DNA of 64,000 nucleotides. Source: Candidatus Bathyarchaeia archaeon (GTDB taxonomy: Archaea; Thermoproteota; Bathyarchaeia; TCS64). A program made the position numbers and the translations under genes. The stretch lies in the NCBI GenBank assembly GCA_050014495.1, contig JBEKDF010000007.1, positions 31,094-95,093 on the forward strand. The letters are read 5' to 3'. Shown piece by piece: positions 21,204 to 31,447 of this stretch (within the stretch, counting starts at the first letter, position 1; each line of letters begins with the position of its first letter). The notes beneath the pieces were generated by a model, which was not told the DNA's origin, did not search any database, and saw only the letters and a program-made list of their open reading frames with translations.

Positions 21204-21290
21204 CCAGTTGGTGCTATTGGATATCAATTTGCGTCCCGCGCGTTGAGGGATAGGTGTGTACTCATGTGCGCGCGCTTCTGGATTGTGGTC

Positions 21291-22007
21291 TTATGGACTT
21301 TTTTCCTCTTTATGAGTAATCTTGCGCCTAGAGTCCTCACCTGGCTTGACTAATTCTTTGACAAGGTCATACAGTCTACTATAGATGTGGCAGTTCTTTG
21401 AGTGGAAGATTAGCTTGCCAGTTGTGTAATCGGTCCCGGCTCGGGTGTTTATCTCGTTGACGAGTGCCTCATTGAACAACTGAATCCCCGCAACATTAGC
21501 TGGGAGACCCGCGTAAGCATCCCATGATCTGAAGTAGCAGGTAAGATGCATCTTATTGTCAATTATCTCCGTGTCCATCAACGTTAGACATGGTGGCTCG
21601 TGCTGCATGCCAGCTAGAGTCTTGTTTATATCCTGTGGCAACCTGATGACCATCGTAAGCTGCCTGTCATTGGGCTCCTCAACGTATCTGCTGATGAGGA
21701 GTTCCAGTTGGTCAACTGGCTCCCTTAGCCTGCTGCCATAAGTGTATGTTTCCCCCTCCTCCTTGACGCCCGCCCAGAGATACTGCAGCGCATATGAGTT
21801 GATGTACTTCATGTCGCATGGAGCTTTTTCAGCGACGAGTGGCCTACTCTCCGGGTTGGTGATTTCTATGCTTAGATTCAGCTTCTTGGTCTCGGTGATC
21901 TCCGAGCCATAGCCTACTTGGAATACGTCCCCGCTGCTCCAGATCTCATATAGTGTCCTATACCATGCGTCTGGTATGTCATAGGCTCTTATGTTGGCAT
22001 ATCTCAA
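21291..22007 (-). CDS. thyA: Archaeal-type thymidylate synthase
   Basis: YTYGSRL, PPCL, FRSWD...GLPAN, HIY. Confidence 0.88.
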   Translation of the reverse strand: MRYANIRAYDIPDAWYRTLYEIWSSGDVFQVGYGSEITETKKLNLSIEITNPESRPLVAEKAPCDMKYINSYALQYLWAGVKEEGETYTYGSRLREPVDQLELLISRYVEEPNDRQLTMVIRLPQDINKTLAGMQHEPPCLTLMDTEIIDNKMHLTCYFRSWDAYAGLPANVAGIQLFNEALVNEINTRAGTDYTTGKLIFHSKNCHIYSRLYDLVKELVKPGEDSRRKITHKEEKSP

Positions 22008-22224
22008 GTCTACTTCCCCGGGTGTTTCACTTGAGAATCATGAACTAGGGGGTATTACACATTTATGGTCCGCATTCGTGGGGCTAATTGAGGCCTGTCT
22101 GCGCTTACGAAGTTTGCGCGCGTACACACAAATTTATCAAAAATGTTAATCATCGTATATTTTACCAGACCACAATCATTATTTTTGCGATAGTCATGTT
22201 CCTGAAATAAAAATCCTTTTTTAA

Positions 22225-23030
22225 CTAGAAGCACAGGCGCGCCTCGATAATTATAGATTGAGGGATCCTCATGTGCTTTCTCAGAGCTGGATATTTTGAA
22301 AGACCTTCCTGACTCGGTTTGGGCTCAACCAGCTTCGAGACCACAAAGCCAGAATCCGATAACGCAGCAAAATAATCAGTTAAGGTCCTGTGGAAAGATG
22401 TCGTCTTAAAGGGTTTAACTAGTCTTCATGTTCCAGGACAGTTCACACCTGCCGGGGTTGGAAGTAGGCTGTTATCTCCAGATGCAGAGCGTTTTCACCC
22501 TGTGTACCCTCGGTTCCCTCCGCGTACACCCAGTGAACCAGCGGTTCCCTGTCTAGGCACTCTCCTCCCTCAAAGCGGGGATGAGTGATGCAGAAGATGA
22601 AGTACCTCCCGCTTTTCAAGACCTTGGCGACTTCAGCGACGGCTTCGCGGTAATATTCGATGCCCATCAGAGCCATGAAGCAGGTGACTACATCGAACTT
22701 GTCGCCTGCAAATTTACCGAGATCCATCGCATCCGAGACGTGGTACTCGATTCCCAGCTTTTCTACCGTCTCCATCTGTTTCGCAAGCTCTATCATCTTC
22801 GGTGATAAGTCCACGCCAACTACTTTGGCACCCATTCTGGTGAGTATCCTAGCGTAGGATCCTTCGCCGCATGCTAGGTCTAGGACCCTTTTACCCTTCA
22901 CATCGCCGACTACGGTAAAGAAGCCAGGTTTATTCATCTCCTCCCTAAAGTAATCTTTGCCTTCTCGGACGAAGTTCGCCCAAGATGCAGAGGCAGCGCT
23001 CCACTCCTCGGATATTTCGGAGCCGGTCAT
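22225..23030 (-). pseudogene. Class I SAM-dependent methyltransferase, frameshifted near 22420-22450
   Basis: VLDLACGEG; the C-terminus (FHRTLTDYF..L..SGF.V..LVEPKP..RIPQSIIIEA) continues in another frame to TAG 22225. Confidence 0.8.
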
Positions 23031-23401
23031 ATTTATTCTGAGATTGGACGCCTTCAACGATATTAATGACTTCCCACAACCCTAACTCCTGAAATGCGCG
23101 TAACTTCTCAAAACCTAGGCATCTCATGATAGGAGTCTGTCGAATGAACGTATACTCGACAGTCTTATCTTGAGCCCCAACCGCTCATCATTAACTTGCT
23201 TGCCTAATTGTTTATCAATCACCTCAATAATAAATTGGACACTAGTGCCTAATCGGGTATTGCAGCGGTGTTCAACCACACTGGTTACAATTCACCACCG
23301 TCCAGTATCTGCGTAAAAGCTGTGACCACTAGTAAGTTGAGGCTGAGTGTTTTTACACCCGTGTACACAAGATTATCGCACATGCACACTAACTACTCTT
23401 G

Positions 23402-23441
23402 TTCACTGTTGAGTCTCAGGTGGAAGTGAGGATAAGTTATG
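23402..23441 (-). repeat. Dispersed repeat, core copy
   Basis: TCAGGTGGAAGTGAGGATAAG, the reverse complement of the core. Confidence 0.85.
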
Positions 23442-23503
23442 TCGGTGCGTGCTCATGGGTTGGATAAAAGTTAAATCATCATCGGATTGAGGTATAATCG
23501 GTT

Positions 23504-23977
23504 GTGTTAATGTCATTCAAACTAAAAGATTTGCAGGACATAGCTGAATCCAAGGGGAGGGAATATTATATGGAGAAAAAGTATGACTGTCTACCATCAA
23601 CTCTTTTGGCGATCAACGATGCATTGAAGGATGTAGATAATGTAAACTACGCTGAGCCAGTCGTGCTTAAGGCAGCGAGTCCACTCCGTGCAGGGTTTGG
23701 GGTATGGGAGGGCCCTTGCGGCGTGGTGACCGCGGGCGCCATAGCCATCGGGCTTAAGTTTAGTACCTCGGATGTAAACGATCATGCCAATATTAATAAT
23801 GCCTCGAAAAAGTCAGCTGAGTGGCTGAGGTGGTTCAAATACGAAAAGTTTGGGTCATATAATTGCTTCGACATAAGACCGACGCCACCGGATAGGGAGA
23901 AGTGCGCAAATGTTGTCACTCAGTCAGCGAGAAAGCTTGTCGATATTTTGACTGAAGGAAACACGAAGGTCACATGA
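23504..23977 (+). CDS. C_GCAxxG_C_C-family redox-active protein
   Basis: YDC, GPCGVVTAG, FGSYNC, KC spacing. Confidence 0.85.
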   Translation: MLMSFKLKDLQDIAESKGREYYMEKKYDCLPSTLLAINDALKDVDNVNYAEPVVLKAASPLRAGFGVWEGPCGVVTAGAIAIGLKFSTSDVNDHANINNASKKSAEWLRWFKYEKFGSYNCFDIRPTPPDREKCANVVTQSARKLVDILTEGNTKVT

Positions 23978-24078
23978 TAAGTCACATGTAGATGCGACGG
24001 TTGAGTATCAGCCCTCTTACACAAGGTTCTGGAGAGTGTATCAACACTCATATTCCTGATATCATAAGCTGAGTTACT

Positions 24079-24861
24079 ATAAGTGGAGACTATAAAACAA
24101 ACGCAACTGCGTTAATCGCGTGCGTCATCACCATCATAGGATTCCTCCTGCTCTCTTCATCAATTAATATAAAGAACACCGAGACGCCAACTAGCGCATT
24201 AACTTCCTCCCTAACATTACTCGGAGCCGGGGCGCACTGGGCCGCAAACGGTGGCAACCATGCACTATAGGTGAACTGGATCGACTACTCCATAGCCCAT
24301 CCCGGATACCCAGCTGAATTTAATCCGCCACCAAACGCGACTAAAATAGTCTCCTCTGTGATAAGCGCGTTGAATGATAACAACCTGATTGTGGACCGCT
24401 CATCGGAGATACCCAGCGACCTCTCTAAATACAGCGTCGTGGTCATCGACTGTTACTGGGCGGGTAACCCGTCTGATTCACAAATATTGAGCGATTATAT
24501 CCTCAAGGGTGGAGGTGTTGTGTTGATCAGTGGAACACCGCCATACTTTGTTATACATAATAAGACGTTACACCCTCTGCAGAACGACTTATCTACGATA
24601 GAGGACTGGCTGGGTGCATCCTCTTACTACAACGTTGAGGGGCGAGTGCTGATTTCAGTCAACAACCCACTTTGCACTTCTCTTCACTTCAACCAGACGG
24701 TCTTCATGGGGCCGTGGTCTCAGTCCGCATTATTTGATTTACAGCCAGGTGCGATACCTGTGGCGGTCTGGACGGAGGGAGGAGTATTTGCCTATACCTA
24801 TGAACATGGGAGTGGGCGAGTGTACTACCAAGCATCCCACGACTTTGAATTAAATCCTTAA
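24079..24861 (+). pseudogene. Secreted GATase-like-fold protein interrupted by an in-frame TAG (24268-24270)
   Basis: Signal/TM segment ALIACVITIIGFLLL lies in frame upstream of ORF 24271; LSKYSVVVI, DYILKGGGVVL, HGSGRVYY. Confidence 0.55.
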
Positions 24862-24884
24862 CTCAGACTATAGGAGGGCCCGCC

Positions 24885-25475
24885 CTAAATTATCAAGTGG
24901 TGGAGGTAGAAGCCCATCTGCAGCCAAGTCATGATGCAGCTGAGTACAGCTCCCACAACGACCTGCATGATGGTGTGAGCCTTTAGTTCGACCCTCGCCC
25001 ATGCGACCGGTATGATGACTAAAAGGAGGGGTAGCATAACCACACCAAGTTGGTAGACGAGAGCTGTGAATGGTCCTGCTACTCCGCTAGCGTGTATACT
25101 GATCTTCCACTTGAGGGTGATGACCATCAACACCAGGCCGTTCACGAAGTAACACGCCATGAGGGCTGTAACGACCTGTGGGGCGGAGACTAGGATCAGG
25201 CTGATGGTTCCAAGGAGGTAGAATAATGTGGTCCAGATGAAGGGGATGAAGCGTGTGTCCCTGTCGTGGGCGTAGAAGTCTTGGATTATATCGAGTTTGA
25301 GGAGGCCATAGACCATTGCTAGAGGAAGTATGCATCCGAAGACGCTTGTGATGAGGATTAGGAGCGGGGCTTGGCTGAGGCCGTTTAGAAGGATAAGGGG
25401 TATGAATGTTATGAGGGTAATTAGGGGTGCGTTTAGGGCGGCTGAGAGACGTGTAGCGAGCTTATTTTTATCCAA
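24885..25475 (-). CDS. PAP2-superfamily membrane protein
   Basis: WKISIH and WARVELKAHT..QV motifs. Confidence 0.82.
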   Translation of the reverse strand: MDKNKLATRLSAALNAPLITLITFIPLILLNGLSQAPLLILITSVFGCILPLAMVYGLLKLDIIQDFYAHDRDTRFIPFIWTTLFYLLGTISLILVSAPQVVTALMACYFVNGLVLMVITLKWKISIHASGVAGPFTALVYQLGVVMLPLLLVIIPVAWARVELKAHTIMQVVVGAVLSCIMTWLQMGFYLHHLII

Positions 25476-25517
25476 GTAATTAGCCCTCAGCCGGTGCTTT
25501 GTTTATTCCCGACGTCT

Positions 25518-25655
25518 CTACTTCTTAACGTTTTTCTTTTGCAGCGTCTCGCAGCAGCAGACTAGGGTCTTTTCTCCGCCTTTTCCGACCATTAGGTCGC
25601 AGTCTTCTCCCTTCGGAAGTCCACACATCGGGCATTTTATGGCTTTCTCATTCAT
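25518..25655 (-). CDS. Unannotated 45-aa six-Cys microprotein coupled to iscU
   Basis: ATGA overlap with the iscU stop; MNEKAIKCPMCGLPKGEDCDLMVGKGGEKTLVCCCETLQKKNVKK*. Confidence 0.75.
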   Translation of the reverse strand: MNEKAIKCPMCGLPKGEDCDLMVGKGGEKTLVCCCETLQKKNVKK

Positions 25656-26032
25656 TTCTTCTTCATCTCCTGCTTCTTCTTGTAGTCCTTTATTGCCTCA
25701 TGTAGGGCGTCTGAGGCGAGGTTACTGCAGTGCATCTTCACCGGTGGTAGGCCGTCTAAGGCGTCGGCGACACTCTGGCGTGTGATCTTATCGGCCTCGT
25801 CTACGGTTTTGCCCATGGCGAGCTCGGTCGTCATGCTGCTTGTGGCTATGGCAGCGCCGCAGCCGTAGGTCTTGAATTTGATGTCTGCTATCTTCCCGTC
25901 TTTGACCTTGATGTACATGGTCATCATGTCTCCGCAGACGGGGTTGCCGACGGTGCCTACGCCGTCGGCGTCGTTTATCTCCCCGACGTTGTGGGGGTTC
26001 CTGAAGTGTTCCATGACCTTGTCGCTGTACAT
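25652..26032 (-). CDS. iscU: Fe-S cluster scaffold IscU/NifU
   Basis: YSDKVMEHF.NP.NVG, NPVCGD, YGCG, LPPVKMHCS. Confidence 0.97.
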   Translation of the reverse strand: MYSDKVMEHFRNPHNVGEINDADGVGTVGNPVCGDMMTMYIKVKDGKIADIKFKTYGCGAAIATSSMTTELAMGKTVDEADKITRQSVADALDGLPPVKMHCSNLASDALHEAIKDYKKKQEMKKK

Positions 26033-26033
26033 T

Positions 26034-27200
26034 CTACTTTAGCTCCTGTGGGGTTATGCTCGACATTGCTCGTAGTCGCTTCACGATCCCCGGTAGGACT
26101 TGTATGACATAGTCTATTTCGTCCTTATTATTGGCTTTCCCGAGGCTGAATACGAGGCTGCCGTGGGCGTCCTCTGGTTTGAGGCCAGTTGCAAGTAGGC
26201 AGGCGCTTGGTTCTAGGGTCTTGGCGGCGCATGCGGAACCCGTATTGCATTGGACGCCGACGTCGTCTAGGCTTAGGGTTAGTGCCTCGCCTTCGATGTA
26301 GCTGAAGCGGACGTTGGCGTTGTTGGGTGTACGGTTTGTTGGGTGGCCATTGAGGTGGGCCTCGGGGACGGTTGTTGTTAGGCCCATGATGAGGTGGTCG
26401 CGGAGCTCGGTTAGGCGCTTCGCCTCCTCGGGGAGTTCTTGTTTTGCGAGTTCCGCGGCTTTCCCGAAGCCGACTATGCCGGGAGTGTTCTCTGTGCCGC
26501 TGCGCATTCCCTGCTCCTGGCCTCCGCCGATGATAACGGGGCGTGGGCGTATGGTCTTCTTGACGTAGAGGGCCCCGACGCCTTTGGGGCCGTTTATGTC
26601 GTTGCTGCTCAGGGTCATGAGGTCCACGTCTAGTTGTTTGACGTCTAGTGGGATCTTGCCTAGAGCGGCGGTGGCATCGGTGTGGAAATAGGCACCTCTG
26701 GCGTGGGCGATTGCCGCTGCCTCCTTTATTGGTTCGATGGTGCCTATTTCGCCGTTTGCGGCCATAACTGATACTATGACGGTTTTGTCGGTTGTGAGTT
26801 CGTTGAGTTTCTCGAGGGAGATGACGCCGTATTTGTCGACTGGGGCCTGCTCGTACTCCCAGCCTACCCTTGTGAGGTCCTTGCAGATGTTTACGGTGCT
26901 TATGTGTTCGACGGCGCTTGAGACGATTCTGTTGCCCTTGTTCTTGTAGCGGTTCGCGGTGCCTATTATTGCGAGGTTTGTGGCCTCGGTTGCGCTGGCG
27001 GTGAAGGTTATCTCGATTGGGTCAGCGTTTATGAGGGCGGCTACCTGTTCGCGTGCCTTGTTGATCGCCCTGAGGGCCTTAAAGCCCTCGCTGTGGAAGC
27101 TGCTGGGGTTCCCTACGTGTTCTGCGAAGTATGGTAGCATCTCTTGCAGGACTCTTGGGTCTACGGGTGCTCCCGAGCCGTTGTCGAGGTAGGCCTTCAT
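26034..27200 (-). CDS. iscS: Cysteine desulfurase IscS/NifS
   Basis: GNPSS.H, TEATN, HTDA, RSGTEN, TGSAC; the PLP-Lys region reads SSNDINGPKG instead of SxHK. Confidence 0.92.
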   Translation of the reverse strand: MKAYLDNGSGAPVDPRVLQEMLPYFAEHVGNPSSFHSEGFKALRAINKAREQVAALINADPIEITFTASATEATNLAIIGTANRYKNKGNRIVSSAVEHISTVNICKDLTRVGWEYEQAPVDKYGVISLEKLNELTTDKTVIVSVMAANGEIGTIEPIKEAAAIAHARGAYFHTDATAALGKIPLDVKQLDVDLMTLSSNDINGPKGVGALYVKKTIRPRPVIIGGGQEQGMRSGTENTPGIVGFGKAAELAKQELPEEAKRLTELRDHLIMGLTTTVPEAHLNGHPTNRTPNNANVRFSYIEGEALTLSLDDVGVQCNTGSACAAKTLEPSACLLATGLKPEDAHGSLVFSLGKANNKDEIDYVIQVLPGIVKRLRAMSSITPQELK

Positions 27201-27289
27201 GTGTTTCGCCTTTTGTTTGATTGGGGATTGGTGGATTAAAAGGGTTCAGAATTGGCGTATGCAATCCGTCTCGTCGCGCATGCGACTTC

Positions 27290-27392
27290 CTAGCTCGTGT
27301 AGGGTAAGGCGTGGTGAAGCTGATGCCTTTCCCCTTCTCGGTCTTAAAGGTGATCTCGCCCCCGTGGGCGTCTACGATCCCTTTGCAGAGGA
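27290..27392 (-). pseudogene. About 100-bp sliver of a histidine-kinase HATPase C-terminus
   Basis: LCKGIVDAHGGEITFKTEKGKG.SFT, bounded by ATGCGCGTA and CGCGCATGCG. Confidence 0.7.
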
Positions 27393-27659
27393 TGCGCGTA
27401 GATTCACTTACATATCCTACGTTTTCGGAACACTTTCCACTCAACCATACACGATCAGTAGTTCACGTGTCTGGTATTGAACTGCTTTCCAAGACTGCAC
27501 GCGCGCGATGTTGAGGCAGTTATCAGAAGGAATGCCAGACTCAGGCTGAGGAGACCGTTCCCCATTGTTAACTAATTTGTATACCGCTTTTTCAGATTTG
27601 TGTTTAGGTAAATGAAAGTTGTCGAGATTGAGGATAAGTGCCACAATAGATGTAATAGC

Positions 27660-28721
27660 TTAGGTAGCTTGGGGACTCCACTCGGGAACCCTCCAGGGAA
27701 GATCCTTCCCCTGCAGGTAGGCTTTGATCGGCTCCTTGTACGCGAAGAGGGCAACGGAGCCCCCTGTGTGGAGGAAGAGAACGTTCTCGCTATCATCGAA
27801 CTTCCTTCGCTTCACCAAGTCGATCATGGTCGCCGCCGCAGGAGCAGTGTAGACGGGATCGATGAAGATGCCCTCTGTCTCCGCGAATGTCTTAACGGCG
27901 TCGATCTTTTCCTTCGAGATGAAGCCATAGCCGCCTCCCCCGAAGTCGTTATAGACCTTCAGGTCCTCGTCGGTGATGTTCGCCTCGAGGCTCAGAACAC
28001 TCCTGGCCTCCTCTATGATTAGTTTCGCCTTCGCCATATGCTCCTCTGCGGGGCTGGAGTCGTCAGCAACGCTGATGATCTTTATTCCACTATTCAGGGC
28101 CTTCGCGCCTAACACTAAACCCGCCTGGGTGCCACCGGAACCGGTGCAGTGGACCAGGTAGTCGAAGTGGACTCCCATCTGCTGGGACTGGTTCATGATC
28201 TCAAGCACAGCGTTGATGTAACCCACGGCACCGAGGATCACCGAGCCCCCGACGGGCATGTAGTAGGGCTTGTGACCCTCCCTCCTGAGACGCTCTAACT
28301 GCTCGTCGACGACTGCCCTCAAGTTCTCCGGACGGGCCACATAGATCTCAGCCCCCAGTAGTTTGTGGAGGAGGTGATTGCCATCCCACTCGGGAGGCTC
28401 CCAGCCATCTCTGGGGCCATTCTTGACGAGGACTATTCCTACTCCGAGCTTCTTACAGGCGGCTGCAGTCTGGGTACACCAGTTGCTTTGGAATCCCGCG
28501 TTGGTCACCACATAGTCGCAGCCATTTGCCAGTACATCCCCCATCAGGTACTCGAGCTTCCTAGCCTTGTTCCCACCAAAGGCGAGGCCCGTTAAGTCAT
28601 CTCTCTTCACCCAGATTTTAGGGCCCCCCAGCTTTTTAGTTAGATTCGGGAGTTCCTGTATGGGTGTCGGGAGGTTGGCGAGCCTCGCACGGTGTAGAGA
28701 TTCGAGTTTCATATTAGTCAA
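27660..28721 (-). CDS. D-cysteine desulfhydrase/ACC deaminase family PLP enzyme
   Basis: KRDDLTGLAFGGNKARKLEY, QSNW, GSGGTQAG, DPVYT, FLHTGG. Confidence 0.92.
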   Translation of the reverse strand: MTNMKLESLHRARLANLPTPIQELPNLTKKLGGPKIWVKRDDLTGLAFGGNKARKLEYLMGDVLANGCDYVVTNAGFQSNWCTQTAAACKKLGVGIVLVKNGPRDGWEPPEWDGNHLLHKLLGAEIYVARPENLRAVVDEQLERLRREGHKPYYMPVGGSVILGAVGYINAVLEIMNQSQQMGVHFDYLVHCTGSGGTQAGLVLGAKALNSGIKIISVADDSSPAEEHMAKAKLIIEEARSVLSLEANITDEDLKVYNDFGGGGYGFISKEKIDAVKTFAETEGIFIDPVYTAPAAATMIDLVKRRKFDDSENVLFLHTGGSVALFAYKEPIKAYLQGKDLPWRVPEWSPQAT

Positions 28722-28798
28722 GAAGAGTCTATTCTAAGGATGTATAACACCTTTCGCGCATAAGATGAAGTCGAAGTGCGTGTGAGTCACGATCGCGT

Positions 28799-29593
28799 TT
28801 AAGCAGCTATGTGCATCTTCTCGTCGCGGTTGATCTCAAGTAGCTTTTGAGCATTCCCCTGATTAACCGAGATCTCGAGGTACCCCCCACCGGCAACGAG
28901 GGCTAAAAGCTCCCCAACCTGGACCGCGGAGAAGCTTCTGACATATGGCACTCTGAACATCTTAGTCCCAATAGTTAGGGTAATCTTCGAACCTGAAGTG
29001 ATCCTGAGTTCACCGAGTTCATCATATGTGACATTAGTGACGAGGTTTCCGAAGCCGTCGACGTGGATGATCGAGGCCTCTAAGCCTCCATCCACATGTA
29101 TCGGAGGTGAATAGGTAGGGATCCTCACATATTCATTCGTCTCAGGGCCGAAGCTTCTCGGCTGCTCCCCCCGAGATAAGAGTGCTGCGATGGGCCCGAA
29201 AGTGTCCCTACCATCGAAGACATCTGAGACCCTCTCAGGGAGAAGGCCCCTATCTGTGATCCTGTATACCTTCTTCACGCCGAGCCTCTCAGCTGCGGGC
29301 GCCAGAAGGCCATTATCGGGGCCCACCAAGTACCCCCTAGAGGTTTCGAATATGAGGCTCGACCGCTTACCCCCGACGCCGGGGTCCACTACAGCCACAT
29401 GAATAGTGCCATCGGGGAAGTAGTTCACGCTACGGGCTAGATGGAAAGCTCCCTCGCGAACATCGTAGCTGTCAACAGAGTGACTAATGTCAACCAGCGT
29501 TACATCGGGGTTTATCCTTAGTATGGCTCCCTTCATTTCGGCCACATAGGAGTCTCTTAGGCCATAATCGGTGAGGAGTGTGATGACGCGCAT
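28799..29593 (-). CDS. SAM hydroxide adenosyltransferase (DUF62, chlorinase/fluorinase family)
   Basis: ITLLTDYG, VVDPGVG, GPDNG, FDGRD.F, DGFGN; start ATG 29593. Confidence 0.9.
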   Translation of the reverse strand: MRVITLLTDYGLRDSYVAEMKGAILRINPDVTLVDISHSVDSYDVREGAFHLARSVNYFPDGTIHVAVVDPGVGGKRSSLIFETSRGYLVGPDNGLLAPAAERLGVKKVYRITDRGLLPERVSDVFDGRDTFGPIAALLSRGEQPRSFGPETNEYVRIPTYSPPIHVDGGLEASIIHVDGFGNLVTNVTYDELGELRITSGSKITLTIGTKMFRVPYVRSFSAVQVGELLALVAGGGYLEISVNQGNAQKLLEINRDEKMHIAA

Positions 29594-29727
29594 GTCATTA
29601 TCATCCGCTGAGGTCTCATAAATCTTGCATAGTTGAGTCGATGCCTTGGCGCATCGCACGTGCAAATTGTAACGAGAGATGAACCTTCTTATTCATATTC
29701 AGGCGGAGACGCACGCGCACGAACTTT

Positions 29728-30864
29728 CTACTTACTTAGAGGATAACTACCATACTTTCTTGCAGCATCAAACATAGCGAGAATATTCTCGGGTGGAACC
29801 TCTGGCTGAATATTATGTACGGCGCCTAGGATGTAACCTCCGGCTGGGGCTAGATCCTCTACCCTCCTCTTTACCTCGTCTCTAACGTCGTCTACTGTTC
29901 CAAAAGGCATCACCCTCTGAGTGTCGACACCTCCCAGGAATGATATTCTATCGCCAAAGTCATTTTTGAGTCTCTTTGTATCCATATCTGCCGCTGAGAC
30001 TTGAACCGGAGTCAAAATGTCGACACCCATCTCTATGAGGTCGTTTATGAAGGGAACAACTGAGCCGCAGGAATGATAGCAGAGTTTTACATCTGCCTTG
30101 CTCTTGATGAACTGATACAGCTTACGATGCCTAGGCTTAATCAAACTTCGATAGATTGAGGGTCTGATCGCTGGGCCCCTTTGCTCAGCCAAATCATCGC
30201 CTACGAAGACTATTTGGATGTATTGACCCACTGAGTCGAGAAATCTGTCGAAGAAGGCCATGTGAAACTCGAGGATCTTATCCATTAACTTTTCAGCGAA
30301 TGTCGGATTACGATAGAGGTCGAAGGTGAATTTTGGGTAGGACCTAAGGTACCATGATTGTTCGTAGATGGACCCTGCGAGTGACGTAGCCAGGGCGTAA
30401 TCAGTTTCCTCATACAGCTTCTTCGCCTCCTTTTCTAGGCCTTCAAACCTCCCAGCGTCCGTAGGGTCTGGCCATTGGTAGTTTTCCAGGTCTTCGAGGT
30501 TTGCCTCTCGTAGAGGATGGTTGACCATATCGTACCAGTATCCTCCGGGCGGTCTCCTCGATCTGATTCCCCATTCGTCTCTGAATGAATCATCGGAGTA
30601 TTCGATTGGTCTCGAGTTTTTCGGAGCCTTTGCGTAGATGAATCGAAAATCAACCCCAAGCTTCCTCAGCAAGTGCTCGTCGGGTTCAACGATTTGTTGA
30701 ACTCGGTCAACTAATCGTGGGGATGTGTCGATGGTGCCTAGGTACCTGCAGAGTTTATCGTAGGCGAGCTTTGAGATCCCCGCGTGGTTTCCGCACATAA
30801 TCACTGGGACTCTATCCGCCTCGCGGTGGTCGAGAACTTTTAAAACTCTCTCTCTTGAGTTCAT
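29728..30864 (-). CDS. UroD/MtaA-superfamily protein
   Basis: MNSRERV...DRVP, DEWG, GDD, YHSCG, GGVDTQ, GGYIL..VHNIQ. Confidence 0.88.
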   Translation of the reverse strand: MNSRERVLKVLDHREADRVPVIMCGNHAGISKLAYDKLCRYLGTIDTSPRLVDRVQQIVEPDEHLLRKLGVDFRFIYAKAPKNSRPIEYSDDSFRDEWGIRSRRPPGGYWYDMVNHPLREANLEDLENYQWPDPTDAGRFEGLEKEAKKLYEETDYALATSLAGSIYEQSWYLRSYPKFTFDLYRNPTFAEKLMDKILEFHMAFFDRFLDSVGQYIQIVFVGDDLAEQRGPAIRPSIYRSLIKPRHRKLYQFIKSKADVKLCYHSCGSVVPFINDLIEMGVDILTPVQVSAADMDTKRLKNDFGDRISFLGGVDTQRVMPFGTVDDVRDEVKRRVEDLAPAGGYILGAVHNIQPEVPPENILAMFDAARKYGSYPLSK

Positions 30865-31018
30865 AAGGCACCGCTCACACAGATTCTAGGTTGTTCAAAG
30901 TAGTGGTTCGTAACTATTTGAGATAAGATCCAGATCGCGCACGGGGTTAAGAATGCTAGGTATGAACTTGGTTTTCCAAGAATGTAATATACGCGACATG
31001 GTGAGTTCCGTATAGGTT

Positions 31019-31053
31019 CCATATACTTATCCAACCAAACCCAAAATTTTCAC
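31019..31053 (+). repeat. Dispersed repeat variant (CCATA..CTTATCC..CCAAACCCAAA..TTTTCAC)
   Basis: Resembles the reverse complement of 39215-39254. Confidence 0.6.
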
Positions 31054-31142
31054 CGCTTACTAAACCAATTCCCACTCTAATACCCCCAATGCGCGCGCGC
31101 ACGCGGAGTTCTTAATAACAATCTCATGTAAATACCTAAGAT

Positions 31143-31313
31143 ATGACCCCTCATCCAGCTACAATGTGTGATTTTAAGAAGAGAATGCTCGCAGAGAACC
31201 TTGATCTCTTTAAGTCCATCGTGTCTGAGCCGAAATACTATTGCATCAAGTGTGGCAGGGTTGCCAATAACGATAAGTGGCTCTGCAAGCCAGCTCTGTT
31301 GAAGAGTGAATAG
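31143..31313 (+). CDS. Unannotated 56-aa Zn-binding microprotein
   Basis: MTPHPATMCDFKKRMLAENLDLFKSIVSEPKYYCIKCGRVANNDKWLCKPALLKSE*; CTTAATAA about 30 nt upstream. Confidence 0.8.
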   Translation: MTPHPATMCDFKKRMLAENLDLFKSIVSEPKYYCIKCGRVANNDKWLCKPALLKSE

Positions 31314-31447
31314 CTCTGAGGCACAGAGCGCGATCCTTAGAATTGTTAAGAGCGCGTGGCTTAGTGAACCGCACTTCGATGAGGTTAGCGTTGATTGTCA
31401 CGCGTAATTTAAATAAAGACTGAGTGATAATATTTTTTTGACAATTT

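Noticed and set aside
28799..29593. Fluorinase/chlorinase
   Set aside because: Archaeal DUF62 proteins are generally SAM hydrolases; nothing here indicates halogenase activity.
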